Shown here: one piece after another, positions 41,961-52,100 of the stretch
Layout of the letters: every line of letters starts with the position of its first letter
How positions within the stretch are numbered: the first letter of the stretch is position 1
Assembly (NCBI GenBank): GCA_963775805.1
Contig: CAVZKG010000004.1
Location: 70,296 to 134,295, forward strand
Direction: 5' to 3'
DNA length: 64,000 nt
Source of the DNA: an uncultured Verrucomicrobiae bacterium
GTDB lineage: Bacteria > Verrucomicrobiota > Verrucomicrobiia > Chthoniobacterales > JAFAMB01
Translations under genes and position numbers: made by a program
Notes under the pieces: generated by a model
The model's input: the letters and a program-made list of their open reading frames with translations, nothing else
Told to the model about the DNA's origin: nothing
Databases searched by the model: none

Positions 41961-43588
41961 TCCGTCGACTTCTACCGATCCTGGTTGCTTTGGCTGTTCT
42001 CCTCTCGGTCCCTTTCTTATTTCGCCATCCGCAGATTGGAACGAACGCAGCCCAGGACAAACTCGTTATTGTTTCACCGCACAACGAGGCAATTCGGTTC
42101 GAGTTCACCCGCGCTTTCTCGGATTACTACCAGAAATTGACCGGGCGCACCGTCTACATCGATTGGAGGTTACCAGGCGGTACCACCGAGATTGTACGAT
42201 ATCTCAATTCGGAATTTGAAGCTTCGTTTCGCGACGAATGGACCCGGAAGTTGAAGCGCCCCTGGACCCGTGAAGTCCTGGACGGTTATTCCAACTCCCA
42301 TTTGAACGCAGAAGTTGACGCCGGTTCAGATGCTCAACGCGCTCGATTCGCATTTCTCCATTCCAATGCCGGGTGCGGGATTGATTTGCTATTTGGCGGC
42401 GGGAGTTTCGACTTCATCAATATGGCTGGCCGTGGTCTTTTGGTGAATAGCGGGGTGCTGGCTCGGTTCCCTGAACTTTTCAGCGGAACAGGGGATTTAT
42501 CCATTCCTCGAACGCTTGGAGGCGAGCAGTTCTGGGATTCCGAAGGGCGCTGGACCGGCGTTTGTCTTTCCGATTTTGGGATTTGCTACAACACCGATAC
42601 TCTGCGTCGACTCGGAATAACCGTGCCGCCGACTCAATGGGTTGATTTGCAGGATGGCCGATTCTTTAATGCGATTGCGCTGGCAGATCCCACAAAAAGT
42701 GGATCGGTCGCCAAAGCGTTTGAACTGATTATTCAGCAGCAGATGAGTCAGCGACTAACAGAGCTGATCTCCTCGAACTCTGGTCTGCAAAAGACTGAGT
42801 TGGAAAAACAGGCCGTCCGTGAGGGATGGGCAAGGGGACTTCAGCTCCTGATTCGGCTTGCAGCGAATTCTCGATACTTCAGCGATGCCGCTCCGAAAAT
42901 CCCTATCGATGTCGCCTATGGAGAGGCCGCTGCTGGGATGTGCATCGATTTTTATGGCCGGTTCGAGAGCGAAGCCGTGGCCGACAACAAGGGCCGAAGC
43001 AGGTTAAAATACGTTGGTGTCGTCGGTGGAACCTCCGTTGGAGCCGATTCTATCGCGCTGTTGCGCGGGTCTCCGCACTCGCAAGTGGCGAAGGCTTTCA
43101 TTGATTTTGTTCTCACCGAAGAAGGCCAAAAACTCTGGAACTATCGGGTTGGTACACCCGGCGGTCCCGTGCGATTTGCGTTGAGACGACTTCCGATTCG
43201 CAAAGAGTTCTACCGACCGCCGCTTCAAGCATTCATGGCCGATGGCGACGCCGATCCCTATCGTTCGGGCCACGCTTTCGAGTACCACGAAGCGTGGACG
43301 GCGCCACTATTTTCCGCCATTCGGTTTCTGGTTCAGGTGATGTGTATTGATTCCCGCGAAGAGCTTGTGGCGGCTAGAATGAAAATCGGCAATCAGTCCT
43401 TCGATTCGCCCGCCTTTCAAAAACTGACCGATGTATCGCGCGTTCGTTATGATGTGGCGATGAGCGAAATCCGTCAGGCGCTCCAGTCGGCAGACCGCTT
43501 GAAAGAAGTTCTGCTGGCAGAAGAATTAACGACCTGGTTTCGTAATCAATATCGGCAAGCTGGAGGGCTGGCTGAACGGAGCAGATGA
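41957..43588 (+). CDS. ABC transporter periplasmic substrate-binding protein (family-1 / iron(III)-type), unusually long at 543 aa
   Basis: N-terminal signal/anchor: MIRRLLPILVALAVLLSVPFLF. It is coupled by ATGA overlaps to the ATPase upstream and the permease downstream. Family assignment rests on context and general composition only. Confidence 0.65.
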   Translation: MIRRLLPILVALAVLLSVPFLFRHPQIGTNAAQDKLVIVSPHNEAIRFEFTRAFSDYYQKLTGRTVYIDWRLPGGTTEIVRYLNSEFEASFRDEWTRKLKRPWTREVLDGYSNSHLNAEVDAGSDAQRARFAFLHSNAGCGIDLLFGGGSFDFINMAGRGLLVNSGVLARFPELFSGTGDLSIPRTLGGEQFWDSEGRWTGVCLSDFGICYNTDTLRRLGITVPPTQWVDLQDGRFFNAIALADPTKSGSVAKAFELIIQQQMSQRLTELISSNSGLQKTELEKQAVREGWARGLQLLIRLAANSRYFSDAAPKIPIDVAYGEAAAGMCIDFYGRFESEAVADNKGRSRLKYVGVVGGTSVGADSIALLRGSPHSQVAKAFIDFVLTEEGQKLWNYRVGTPGGPVRFALRRLPIRKEFYRPPLQAFMADGDADPYRSGHAFEYHEAWTAPLFSAIRFLVQVMCIDSREELVAARMKIGNQSFDSPAFQKLTDVSRVRYDVAMSEIRQALQSADRLKEVLLAEELTTWFRNQYRQAGGLAERSR

Positions 43589-45375
43589 ATGCTACACTTC
43601 CAGCCGGCGATCCGGGCGAAAAAAGCTTTATTGCCCTCCGAATACTCGATCGCATGCGGGTTTCCCTGCACTCCGTTAAAGGGGTTTCCCGCTGGAGCTT
43701 TTCTCTTTACATCGGGTCAATCCTGTTTTTCGCGATTTTCCTGCTCCTGCCAATTGCCGTGGCTGTTCAAGGCGCGTTTACCGACCAGACAGGCGCGTTT
43801 ACTTTCGCCTATATCAGCGAGGTTTTTCGGAACCCGATTTATGTCGAAGGTTTTGTAAACGCTTTAAAACTCGCAATCGGCAGTACGGTTCTCGCATTTC
43901 TCATTGCTGCTCCTTTGGCTTGGATCAGCCAGAGATTCGAGTTCCCACTGAAGGGTGGTTTGTCGGCCTTTTTGTTATTTCCAATGATGTTGCCGCCGTT
44001 TGTTGGGGCAATTGGATTCAGGCAGCTTTTCGGCCAGGAAGGATCCGTTAACGCCATACTCCACGGTGTCGGACTGCTTCAGCCCGATCAAGTAATCGAC
44101 TGGTTCAGCGCCGGACGCGAGTGGGGCATCGTATTGCTGAACGCGCTCCATCTCTATCCGATTCTGTACCTCAATATTGTCGCGGCGCTTGCCAATGTGG
44201 ATCCGGTCCTGTCAGAGGCTGCAGAAAATCTCGGTTGCACGGGCTTCCGCTTGGCTTGGCGAGTGACTCTGCCGCTGGTGATGCCAGGCATTTTTTCCGG
44301 AGGGAGTATCGTTTTCATCTGGGCCTTCACTGAACTCGGCGTGCCATTGATGTTCGATTATTACCGGGTCACGCCCGTTCAGATTTTCAACGGGTTAAGC
44401 ACAATCGATAGCAACCCGTTTACGTATGCCCTGGTCACTGTGACTCTTGCCGGTTCGGCTCTGATCTATCTGGCCATCCGATTTTTTGCCGGTACCCCGT
44501 CGCCCGCGATGCCTGGTCGCGGTGGGCATTTTGGACAAATTGTCCATCTGAGAGGAGTCCGGGGTCTCCTCTGCACTTTTTTTTTCCTGCTTGTTGCCGG
44601 CACAGCCCTTCTACCTCAGATCGGTGTAATTCTCGTGTCCTTCTCCAAGGATTGGTACCGGTCTGTTCTTCCCCATTCCTTCACCCTCGAACACTACGCT
44701 TATGCTCTCGGAAACGATCTTACGGTGCCCGCCATTAAGAATAGCCTCGTGTACGCCTCGTTATCGACTGCTCTTGATTTATTGCTTGGGGTTTCAATCG
44801 CTTGGTTGATCACCAGAACGCGAATTTTCGGGCGGACGCTGCTCGATGCGCTGACAATGCTTCCGCTTGCCGTTCCGGGTCTCATTCTGGCCTTCGGGTA
44901 TCTCGCTCTTACTCGATCCGGCAGCCTTCTAAGCTTTCTGACACCGGCGGGAAGCCCCCTCATCCTCCTGGTTCTCGCATACGCGGTCCGTCGAATCCCG
45001 TATGTAGTCCGCTCCGCCGTGGCAGGCTTTCAACAAGCCAGCGAAACGCTCGAGGAAGCCGCACAAAGCGTGGGAGCCACCCCAATCCGCGCGTTGACAC
45101 GCGTCACGATTCCGTTGATTAGCGCCAATCTTTTCTCGGGCGCAATCCTCGCGTTTGCGTTTGCAATGTTGGAGGTCTCCGATTCTCTCCTTTTAGCCCA
45201 GAAACAGGCGGATTATCCCATCGCCAAAGCCACCTATGAGCTCTCAAACATTCTTGGCGAAGGCCGTTATCTTGCGGCCGCCCTCGGCGTCTGGGCGATG
45301 TTCTTTCTCGGTCTGACGATCGCCGCCGCTGCTCAAGCAATCGGTGGACGCTTGGGTGCACTATTTAGGGGATAA
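43585..45375 (+). CDS. ABC importer permease, duplicated (two fused transmembrane domains, FbpB/ThiP-like)
   Basis: 596 aa with about 12 hydrophobic segments. There are two EAA loops: LSEAAENLGCTGFRLAWRVTLPLVMPG and LEEAAQSVGATPIRALTRVTIPLISAN. Confidence 0.88.
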   Translation: MNATLPAGDPGEKSFIALRILDRMRVSLHSVKGVSRWSFSLYIGSILFFAIFLLLPIAVAVQGAFTDQTGAFTFAYISEVFRNPIYVEGFVNALKLAIGSTVLAFLIAAPLAWISQRFEFPLKGGLSAFLLFPMMLPPFVGAIGFRQLFGQEGSVNAILHGVGLLQPDQVIDWFSAGREWGIVLLNALHLYPILYLNIVAALANVDPVLSEAAENLGCTGFRLAWRVTLPLVMPGIFSGGSIVFIWAFTELGVPLMFDYYRVTPVQIFNGLSTIDSNPFTYALVTVTLAGSALIYLAIRFFAGTPSPAMPGRGGHFGQIVHLRGVRGLLCTFFFLLVAGTALLPQIGVILVSFSKDWYRSVLPHSFTLEHYAYALGNDLTVPAIKNSLVYASLSTALDLLLGVSIAWLITRTRIFGRTLLDALTMLPLAVPGLILAFGYLALTRSGSLLSFLTPAGSPLILLVLAYAVRRIPYVVRSAVAGFQQASETLEEAAQSVGATPIRALTRVTIPLISANLFSGAILAFAFAMLEVSDSLLLAQKQADYPIAKATYELSNILGEGRYLAAALGVWAMFFLGLTIAAAAQAIGGRLGALFRG

Positions 45376-45394
45376 TTCGCCGAAGGGCTAGATA

Positions 45395-46078
45395 TTGCGA
45401 AAAATGCCTTTCCACCCCACAACATATTGTATACTGTGGGCCAAAACCTTCCATGAACAGACACTATCGTTTGCCGCTGAGGACCCGACCGAAAAACGTG
45501 TCGACCACCGTTCGTCGACGCCGGAGTACGCCCAGTCTTGTGACGACCAGTCTAATTGCGGTTGGCGGGATTGCGGCGCTGTTGCCTTTGGTCTTGCCGC
45601 GTTTTTTGTGTACAAGCATTTCTCCCACAAAGGAGCCCGAGTTGTGACCTCGGCTCCGGTCTCGTCCGCTGCGCCTTCCCCAGCTGCTACACCGTTTGTT
45701 GCGACAACTGACGTTCTAAAGCCGCTGTCGGACCCAAACCATCCTGGTTCTCCGGCACCTGCTCCAACGGTTGCCACTGGGATTCAGAGCCCATCGACGC
45801 CTACTTTGACCTCAACGTCGACTCCAACTTCTTCGGGTGCTTCAGTCAGCCAGAACGAAAAGAAGACGGAGGCGACTCCGGTAGATCAGCAGGAAAAAGC
45901 GAACTTGAAAACGGCGCGGAAGAGCCTCGAAAAGAAGAGGCAAACTGCAGAGCGAAAACGGGCACGCCTTGAGCACCAATATCAGAATCACGAAATTTCG
46001 ACCGCCGATTACAATAAGGGCGAGCAGGAATACAAAGACGAGATCCAGAAGTACCGGAAGGAAATGAGCACGGAGTAG
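45395..46078 (+). CDS. Hypothetical membrane-anchored protein with a Pro/Ser/Thr-rich linker and a Lys/Glu-rich C-terminal helix; the 5' end is uncertain
   Basis: The ORF has a TTG start. The C-terminal two thirds look real: APSPAATPF...STPTLTSTSTPTSS...KKRQTAERKRARLEHQYQNHEISTADYNKGEQEYKDEIQKYRKEM. The N-terminal 60 aa look non-protein-like. An overlapping frame (45453..45647) gives a better anchor sequence; see findings. Confidence 0.45.
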   Translation: MRKMPFHPTTYCILWAKTFHEQTLSFAAEDPTEKRVDHRSSTPEYAQSCDDQSNCGWRDCGAVAFGLAAFFVYKHFSHKGARVVTSAPVSSAAPSPAATPFVATTDVLKPLSDPNHPGSPAPAPTVATGIQSPSTPTLTSTSTPTSSGASVSQNEKKTEATPVDQQEKANLKTARKSLEKKRQTAERKRARLEHQYQNHEISTADYNKGEQEYKDEIQKYRKEMSTE

Positions 46079-46080
46079 GT

Positions 46081-46863
46081 TTAATCGATCAGTTTTCTCC
46101 GGACTCGCACATGCGCCCAAAATCCGAGGACGATTCCGTAACCGAGAATTACGGCTAAATGCTCCAAGCCTTGCATCGCCGAATAGCGATTCCACGCCAC
46201 CATTTGCAGCAAGCTCACCCCGTGAAAGAAGGGCGAGACCTGAACGATGGTTCCAAGAACTGGATTATCGCCAATCGGAAAGAATGTGCCGGATATGAAA
46301 TACATTGGCGCGATTAGAAACGAATAAACGGTTTGGAACTGGTTGATGTTCCGAACATAGGTCGACGCGAGAAGGCCGATTGCACCGCAAGGGATAGAAA
46401 GAATTGCCCCAATGAATGGGAATAGAAAAACAGCCCAGGGATTGGGCAACAATCTCAGCGCTACCAACACAAGGCCAACTCCCCCAGCCATTAAACCGGC
46501 TCTGATCGATAGCCAGATAAATTCCCCCAGTACAACTTCTCGAGTCCCGATCGGTGTGGTTAGCATCGCCTTGAAAACGGACTCAAACGCCATCCTGACA
46601 TAAAAGCCGTAGCTGCATTCGAAAAATGCGGTGAACAGCACTGTGGTTGCCGCCATTCCAGGTGCGAGGTACTGAGCGTAACTCAATCCGTGGATGCTGC
46701 CGATAAACGGCGAAAGGCCCATTCCGAGCGCGGTCATCATCAACGCGGGGTCGGCAAGCGTCGGAGAAATATTTGCAAGGAAGTCTTTGCGATAGACGAC
46801 CCAGTTTCTGACAACCACTGACCATGCTAGCCTGAGGGCAATCAGGAGTTCACGCATCTTCAC
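46081..46863 (-). CDS. ABC-2 type transporter permease
   Basis: 260 aa with about 6 hydrophobic segments. Its start overlaps the upstream ATPase gene by 14 nt. Confidence 0.8.
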   Translation of the reverse strand: MKMRELLIALRLAWSVVVRNWVVYRKDFLANISPTLADPALMMTALGMGLSPFIGSIHGLSYAQYLAPGMAATTVLFTAFFECSYGFYVRMAFESVFKAMLTTPIGTREVVLGEFIWLSIRAGLMAGGVGLVLVALRLLPNPWAVFLFPFIGAILSIPCGAIGLLASTYVRNINQFQTVYSFLIAPMYFISGTFFPIGDNPVLGTIVQVSPFFHGVSLLQMVAWNRYSAMQGLEHLAVILGYGIVLGFWAHVRVRRKLID

Positions 46864-47776
46864 TCAGTTGCTCTCCGGTGAGTTTCAGATAGACATCCTC
46901 GAGATTCGCCGGACGCATTTGAATCGCTGTCACCCGCGAAGCGGCCTGTAGCGTGATAAGATCTTCAATTTGTGGCGCACGGACGCAATATTGTTTTGCC
47001 TGGAAAAACGTCTGCCAGTTTGGCGCCAGATGGGTTTTGAGGACACTTTCCTGGTCCGATTCAAATATGCCGACAAACCCCGGTGTCTCTGTCTGGATTA
47101 GCTCTTTTGGCGACCCTGTTGCAACAGCAACGCCATGATTGAGTATGACCACCTCGTCGCAGAGAAGTTCCGCTTCGTGCATATAGTGTGTGGTTACGAG
47201 AACGGTTTTGCCGGCCTCGCGATAGTAAAGTACCTTTTCCCATAAGAGATGGCGCACCGCTGGATCGAGTCCTGTGGTCGGCTCATCGAGAATCAGCAGT
47301 TCCGGATCGGAAAGCAGAGCCCGCACAAATGTGAGTCTTCTTTTCATCCCTCCGGAGAGCGATTTAATCTGAGCATCGCGCTTATGACCAAGTGACATAT
47401 GCTCCAATAGGTCCTCGATCCGGTTCTGCGGATCCCTGACAGACTGGAATCGCGCATAGATATCCATATTTTCGAACACGGTGAGGCCTTCATCGAGCGC
47501 GTTCTCCTGCGGTACAACGCCGATTCGTTCTTTGATGCTCCGGACCTTCAGATTTGGATCAAGACCAAATACCTGAAGCGCACCGCCGCTTCGAGTCACT
47601 GCGCCGTAAAGGCATCCAATGAATGTCGACTTCCCCGCGCCATTCGGTCCGAGCAATCCCACACATTGCCCGGAATGAACCTCGAGGCTTAACTCCTTAA
47701 GTGCTTCGAAATCGCCGAAACGCTTCGTGACACCGCGAGCCGTAACCGGAATCGGGCTGGTTGAATGGATGGTCAT
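46850..47776 (-). CDS. ABC transporter ATP-binding protein (DrrA/NodI-like exporter ATPase)
   Basis: Walker A GPNGAGKST, signature LSGGMKRRLTFVRAL, Walker B LILDEPTTGLD. Confidence 0.88.
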   Translation of the reverse strand: MTIHSTSPIPVTARGVTKRFGDFEALKELSLEVHSGQCVGLLGPNGAGKSTFIGCLYGAVTRSGGALQVFGLDPNLKVRSIKERIGVVPQENALDEGLTVFENMDIYARFQSVRDPQNRIEDLLEHMSLGHKRDAQIKSLSGGMKRRLTFVRALLSDPELLILDEPTTGLDPAVRHLLWEKVLYYREAGKTVLVTTHYMHEAELLCDEVVILNHGVAVATGSPKELIQTETPGFVGIFESDQESVLKTHLAPNWQTFFQAKQYCVRAPQIEDLITLQAASRVTAIQMRPANLEDVYLKLTGEQLSEDA

Positions 47777-47873
47777 CGCTATAGGATTCGCTGCCTACCA
47801 CTACGCGGACGGATCAAACTGGCAAGCCTCAACCCGCTGGAATTAGGCAATTGAACAGTTTACCCTTCGAACG

Positions 47874-48590
47874 GTGACGATTTGGCGGGCCGCATTCCTC
47901 ATCTACCGTGCGATAGACGTTCGATTTCTGGACGCGGCGCACACCGACCGGCGTTTTGCCTATTCCCTTTCAGAAAGTGAACTGCGCGACGCGGTTGAAT
48001 CTTTTGACCATTTTCCTGGGCTGGTCGAATCACTCACTTCTCAGAGAGCAACTGTCCAATACCAGATTCATCCGGTCGAGCGCACGCTGACATCGGTGAC
48101 GAAAATGGGGGATTTTCTTTATTGGCCGTCCCCGGATGACACTCGGAAGGAAATCGACCAGATAGCGACGTCCCGGACTTGTGATTCGATTTTTGTCCTG
48201 TGGCCGCAGCGGAACCTCTTCGACGGGGCGTCAGTTCCGTGCGGCGGTTGGGGGCTTGGGATGGCGGCTTCCTCTTGGTCAAACGGCGCGACTTACGCCG
48301 CCGTCGGCAATGCCCCATCGGACATTTGGCGAATTCCAATTGTCGGAGAAGTATGGCTCCATGAATGGCTGCACGGAGTGTGCGCCCATTTTCGTGACTT
48401 GGGGCACCAGATGCCGGCAGGCGATGCAGATGGCGGTGCCCGCCATGGATATGTACAGTCTCCTGTCTCTGGCTGGACGGACTATTACCGAGATTTGATG
48501 AGCGGAAACGTTCTGGAAGAAAGCCTCAAGACCGGGATCCCTAGAGAGGCCTGGGAACTTCCGCCGTGCTCTGGCCGGTATTTGGGTTAG
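47874..48590 (+). CDS. Hypothetical protein with an HExxH motif (possible zinc-dependent hydrolase)
   Basis: 238-aa ORF with a GTG start. The motif is IVGEVWLHEWLHGVCAHF. I recognise no family. Confidence 0.5.
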   Translation: MTIWRAAFLIYRAIDVRFLDAAHTDRRFAYSLSESELRDAVESFDHFPGLVESLTSQRATVQYQIHPVERTLTSVTKMGDFLYWPSPDDTRKEIDQIATSRTCDSIFVLWPQRNLFDGASVPCGGWGLGMAASSWSNGATYAAVGNAPSDIWRIPIVGEVWLHEWLHGVCAHFRDLGHQMPAGDADGGARHGYVQSPVSGWTDYYRDLMSGNVLEESLKTGIPREAWELPPCSGRYLG

Positions 48591-49045
48591 CCCGCGTCGT
48601 GCCACCGCCTGTAAATCGCTGCTTGTCCATGCAGCGCCCCGACAGCGTCGACAAGTTGCCAGACTGTCACGTCCTCAATCCAGAATCGCCTCCCGGATTT
48701 GGCGATTCTGAGTCCGCGGTAACCTGTTGCGAAGCCCTTTTGCTTGACCTGCTCTAGCAAATGCCGGCGTTCGTTACGGTTCATTTGTTCAGCAGATAGG
48801 CTGGACGGGAGCGATGTCAGCTCCCCCCACGAGTATTCAAAACAGGCCTGGGCCATTTTGTTCCCGTAAATGAAAATCGGATCTTCCGCGGTGTTATGGG
48901 CCAACAGACAAAACGGCGCTGTCTCATAGAGCCAGAGCGCCGCATTCAGAGTTTCCTGTTCCGGAGGAATGAGCCGTTGGCCGACGATTCGAAAATAACT
49001 ACCCGTCAGCAATTCACAAAAGATTGGGTCAGCCGATAGATCCAT
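48587..49045 (-). CDS. MEKHLA-domain (PAS-like) protein
   Basis: APFCLLAHNTAEDPIFIYGNKMAQACFEYSWGELTSLPSSLSAEQMNRNERRHLLEQVKQKGFATGYRGLRIAKSGRRFWIEDVTVWQLVDAVGALHGQAA matches my recollection of bacterial stand-alone MEKHLA proteins. Confidence 0.75.
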   Translation of the reverse strand: MDLSADPIFCELLTGSYFRIVGQRLIPPEQETLNAALWLYETAPFCLLAHNTAEDPIFIYGNKMAQACFEYSWGELTSLPSSLSAEQMNRNERRHLLEQVKQKGFATGYRGLRIAKSGRRFWIEDVTVWQLVDAVGALHGQAAIYRRWHDAG

Positions 49046-49156
49046 CTCACTGCAAGTTATCTCTCTTCAAATGTATGAACAGGAGAGGGCAAAGGAAAAA
49101 CTATCTCCAAGTGTACAAACATTCCCTTTTCTGAAAATTATTGCTAGTATCAACGG

Positions 49157-52100
49157 ATGCGAAATTGTCACGGTTGGCAAAAATCGCTTCGCATCCCATT
49201 CCTTCTCGCGGCGCTTACATTTGTTTGGTTTTCTGGATTGGAATCTTCGCGCGCTCAAGATCTGACTTGGAGTCCCGAAGCGGCGGACGGTAACTGGTTT
49301 ACAGCCGGCAACTGGGTGCTCAACAACGAGGGCGCCACTGCGCCGCCGACTGCGGCCGAAAGCGCGAGTGTCAATGGGACGGCGCCGGCGACCGCGGTCC
49401 CGGCTCCCAATATTGGGACTCCTGGTGCCGTGGCAAATCAATTGCTAATAGGCGCAACTATCGGCGAAGGAGGTGTCATCGCCGCAGCTGCCGGTCAGGT
49501 GAATGTGAGTGGGAACGGTGCCTCCTTGACGCTCTCAGGGACGGATCTAACAGTTGGCCGGTCTTTGGAAGTTGTCGCCGGGACGCTCTCGGTCACGAAC
49601 GGAGGATCTTTGATCACTTCCGGGACGGAAGTTGGGGCGATTGAGGCCGGCGCGCAGTCAGTTGTCGAGATCGAAGGGGCAGGATCGACTTGGACGGAGA
49701 ACGGAACGCTCGATATCGGCGCCGGGAACACTGCGAATGTGATCGTTGCTGATGGGGGTTCGTTTCGAGGAGCGCAGCCGGTGACAATCGAATCATTTAA
49801 CGGCACGATTCAGATCGGTGAGGGAGGAGCCGCCGGTACCTTTAACGCACCATCAATTGTTAACAATGGAGAGATCGTAGCTGACTTTACAGACGCGACG
49901 ACGATCAGCGCGCAGATTTCTGGAGAAGGTGAAGTGGACATGGATGGCCCCGGAGTGCTGACGCTCACCGGAAACAATTCCTTCGCGGGGGAAATTTTCA
50001 TCGACGAAGGCACCATTGTGGCCGGAGCAACGAATGCGTTGGGTTCCAGCTTCGTTCAGGCCACCGGCACTACGAGCACCCTGCAGATCAACGCCGGTAC
50101 GACGCAGACGAACGACGTTACTCTCGCGGGGGGTGCAACTCTGAATAATTTTGGGACACTTATCGGGCCGGTAGAAGAAGGGCCAACCGTCGTCGTCTTT
50201 AGTGATGGAACTGTCAATAACGCGGCTGGAGCCTCCATTATCAATGCATCCGACGTGGCCATCGCTGGGGAAGTAGAAGAAGAGGGAGGACCCGAGGAAT
50301 CGGTGGGAGCGTCTCAGCTGCGCGCTGCCGCAATAGCTCCGGATCCGCTGGTTGTAACGAACGCGGGCATGATCTCCGGCACGACGGGCATTCAAGTGTT
50401 CGACTTGGTCGATGGGTCCATCACGAACGCGTCCACAGGAACGATCATCGGGACTGCTGGAACAGCGATCGATGGAACTCAGGGCGGTACCGTGACGCTG
50501 TCCAACGCCGGTATTATTCGCGGGAATGTGCTTCTCGCCGCGTTCCCGAATACGGTGACACTGATCACGGGAGGGCAAATTGTTGGAGATTTGAACCTGG
50601 GGGACGCCACCGAAGCCAGTCTTATTCTCGACGGAACCGGGGCCTCGAATTTGAGCCAGGCCGTGACCGGTGCGATCACGAATTTTAATTCGCTGACTAA
50701 ACAAAACACCGGCACCTGGACAATCGACGAAGCCCTCACTTATTCCGGGGGGACCAATATTAATGGAGGTACTCTCGTTGCAGGGGTAAACAACGCGTTC
50801 GGCTCCGGCTTGGTGAGCGCAAACGGCTCGGGGGTTTTGCAAGTGAACGCCGGGATAACGGTCCAGAATTTTATCCAATTAAACAACGGGGGAAGCCTGG
50901 TGAACGGTGGTGTCGTAGGAGTTAGCGGGGACGGTTCCTCGCTGACCGCTGCGATTACAGCTGCTGGCGGCGCAACGATCACAAATAACCGGGGCGCAAC
51001 AATAACCGGAACGGGGTTAATCGGGATCCAAAGCGCCAGCGGATCCACAACCGTAACGAACGCCGGATCCATTTCAGGGATTCAAGGCGTTGAACTGAAC
51101 GGGGGCGGCACAGTCACCAACAACGCCACAGGCGTCGTGACCGGATCTAGCGGAACGGCGGTTTCCATGGCAGGGAATAACGCCATGCTTTCCAATTCGG
51201 GCTTGATCAGCGGGAACGTTGCTCTCAACGCACTGAGTAATTCCGTTCAGCTCTTCTCTGGCAGCAGGATAGCTGGGAGCTTGGCGCTGAGTTCTTCTGG
51301 GACGAACCAGCTAATTCTCGATGGAGCCGGGACGGCGACAATCAGCCAGGCCGTGACAGGCTCCATAACCAATGCCGGAACGTTGATCAAACAGGGGAGT
51401 GGGACCTGGGTAATCGATACCCCGACAAGCGCGCCAACAGGTACCGACGTCAATCTCGGAACATTGCAGGTTGACTCGAGACTGGCCACGGCCGTTCTGA
51501 TGGTGCAACAAGGTGCGACGTTGAAGGGGTCCGGCGTTATCGATCTGGCCGGGGGAACCGTCGTAAACGCAGGCATGCTTGCGCCTGGCGATTCGCCGGG
51601 CACACTGACGCTCATAGGAAATTTTACTCAAACTTCCAGCGGCACATTTAATGTGCTGATTCTGTCACCGACCGAATTTGACAGGCTCAATGTGACAGGT
51701 CACGCCAGTTTGGCTGGAACGCTGAAGCTCACGCTCGGCAGCGGATATATCCCTGCACCAGGGACACAATTTACGATCCTGACAGCGGCCGGGGGAATTA
51801 GTGGGACATTCCAAAAAATCGTGACCTCGGGTGGCGGGAACTTTGGGGTCACGTACAAAAATGGAGTCGTCCAGATTGTCGCCAGTAGTCCGGCCAAGAT
51901 TGAACCGACCATATTCCATTTCTCTGATGGAACTCCAAGCAGCACGACCGCTCTAATGGCCGACGCGATGTTCTACGACTTTACATCGTTGTCCACCGAG
52001 ATGGCTGAGTCCGGAAAAGCGAATTCAATCGGTGTCTCATTCGATGGGGGCACCTTCACTTATCAAGGCCACCACGGAGATCAGTACGGTTTCCCTATCA

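Noticed and set aside
49853-50878. A 341-aa minus-strand ORF inside the autotransporter-like gene
   Set aside because: It is a shadow ORF of a Gly/Thr/Ala-rich repetitive coding region. The plus frame has a signal peptide, repeats and an OMP terminus.
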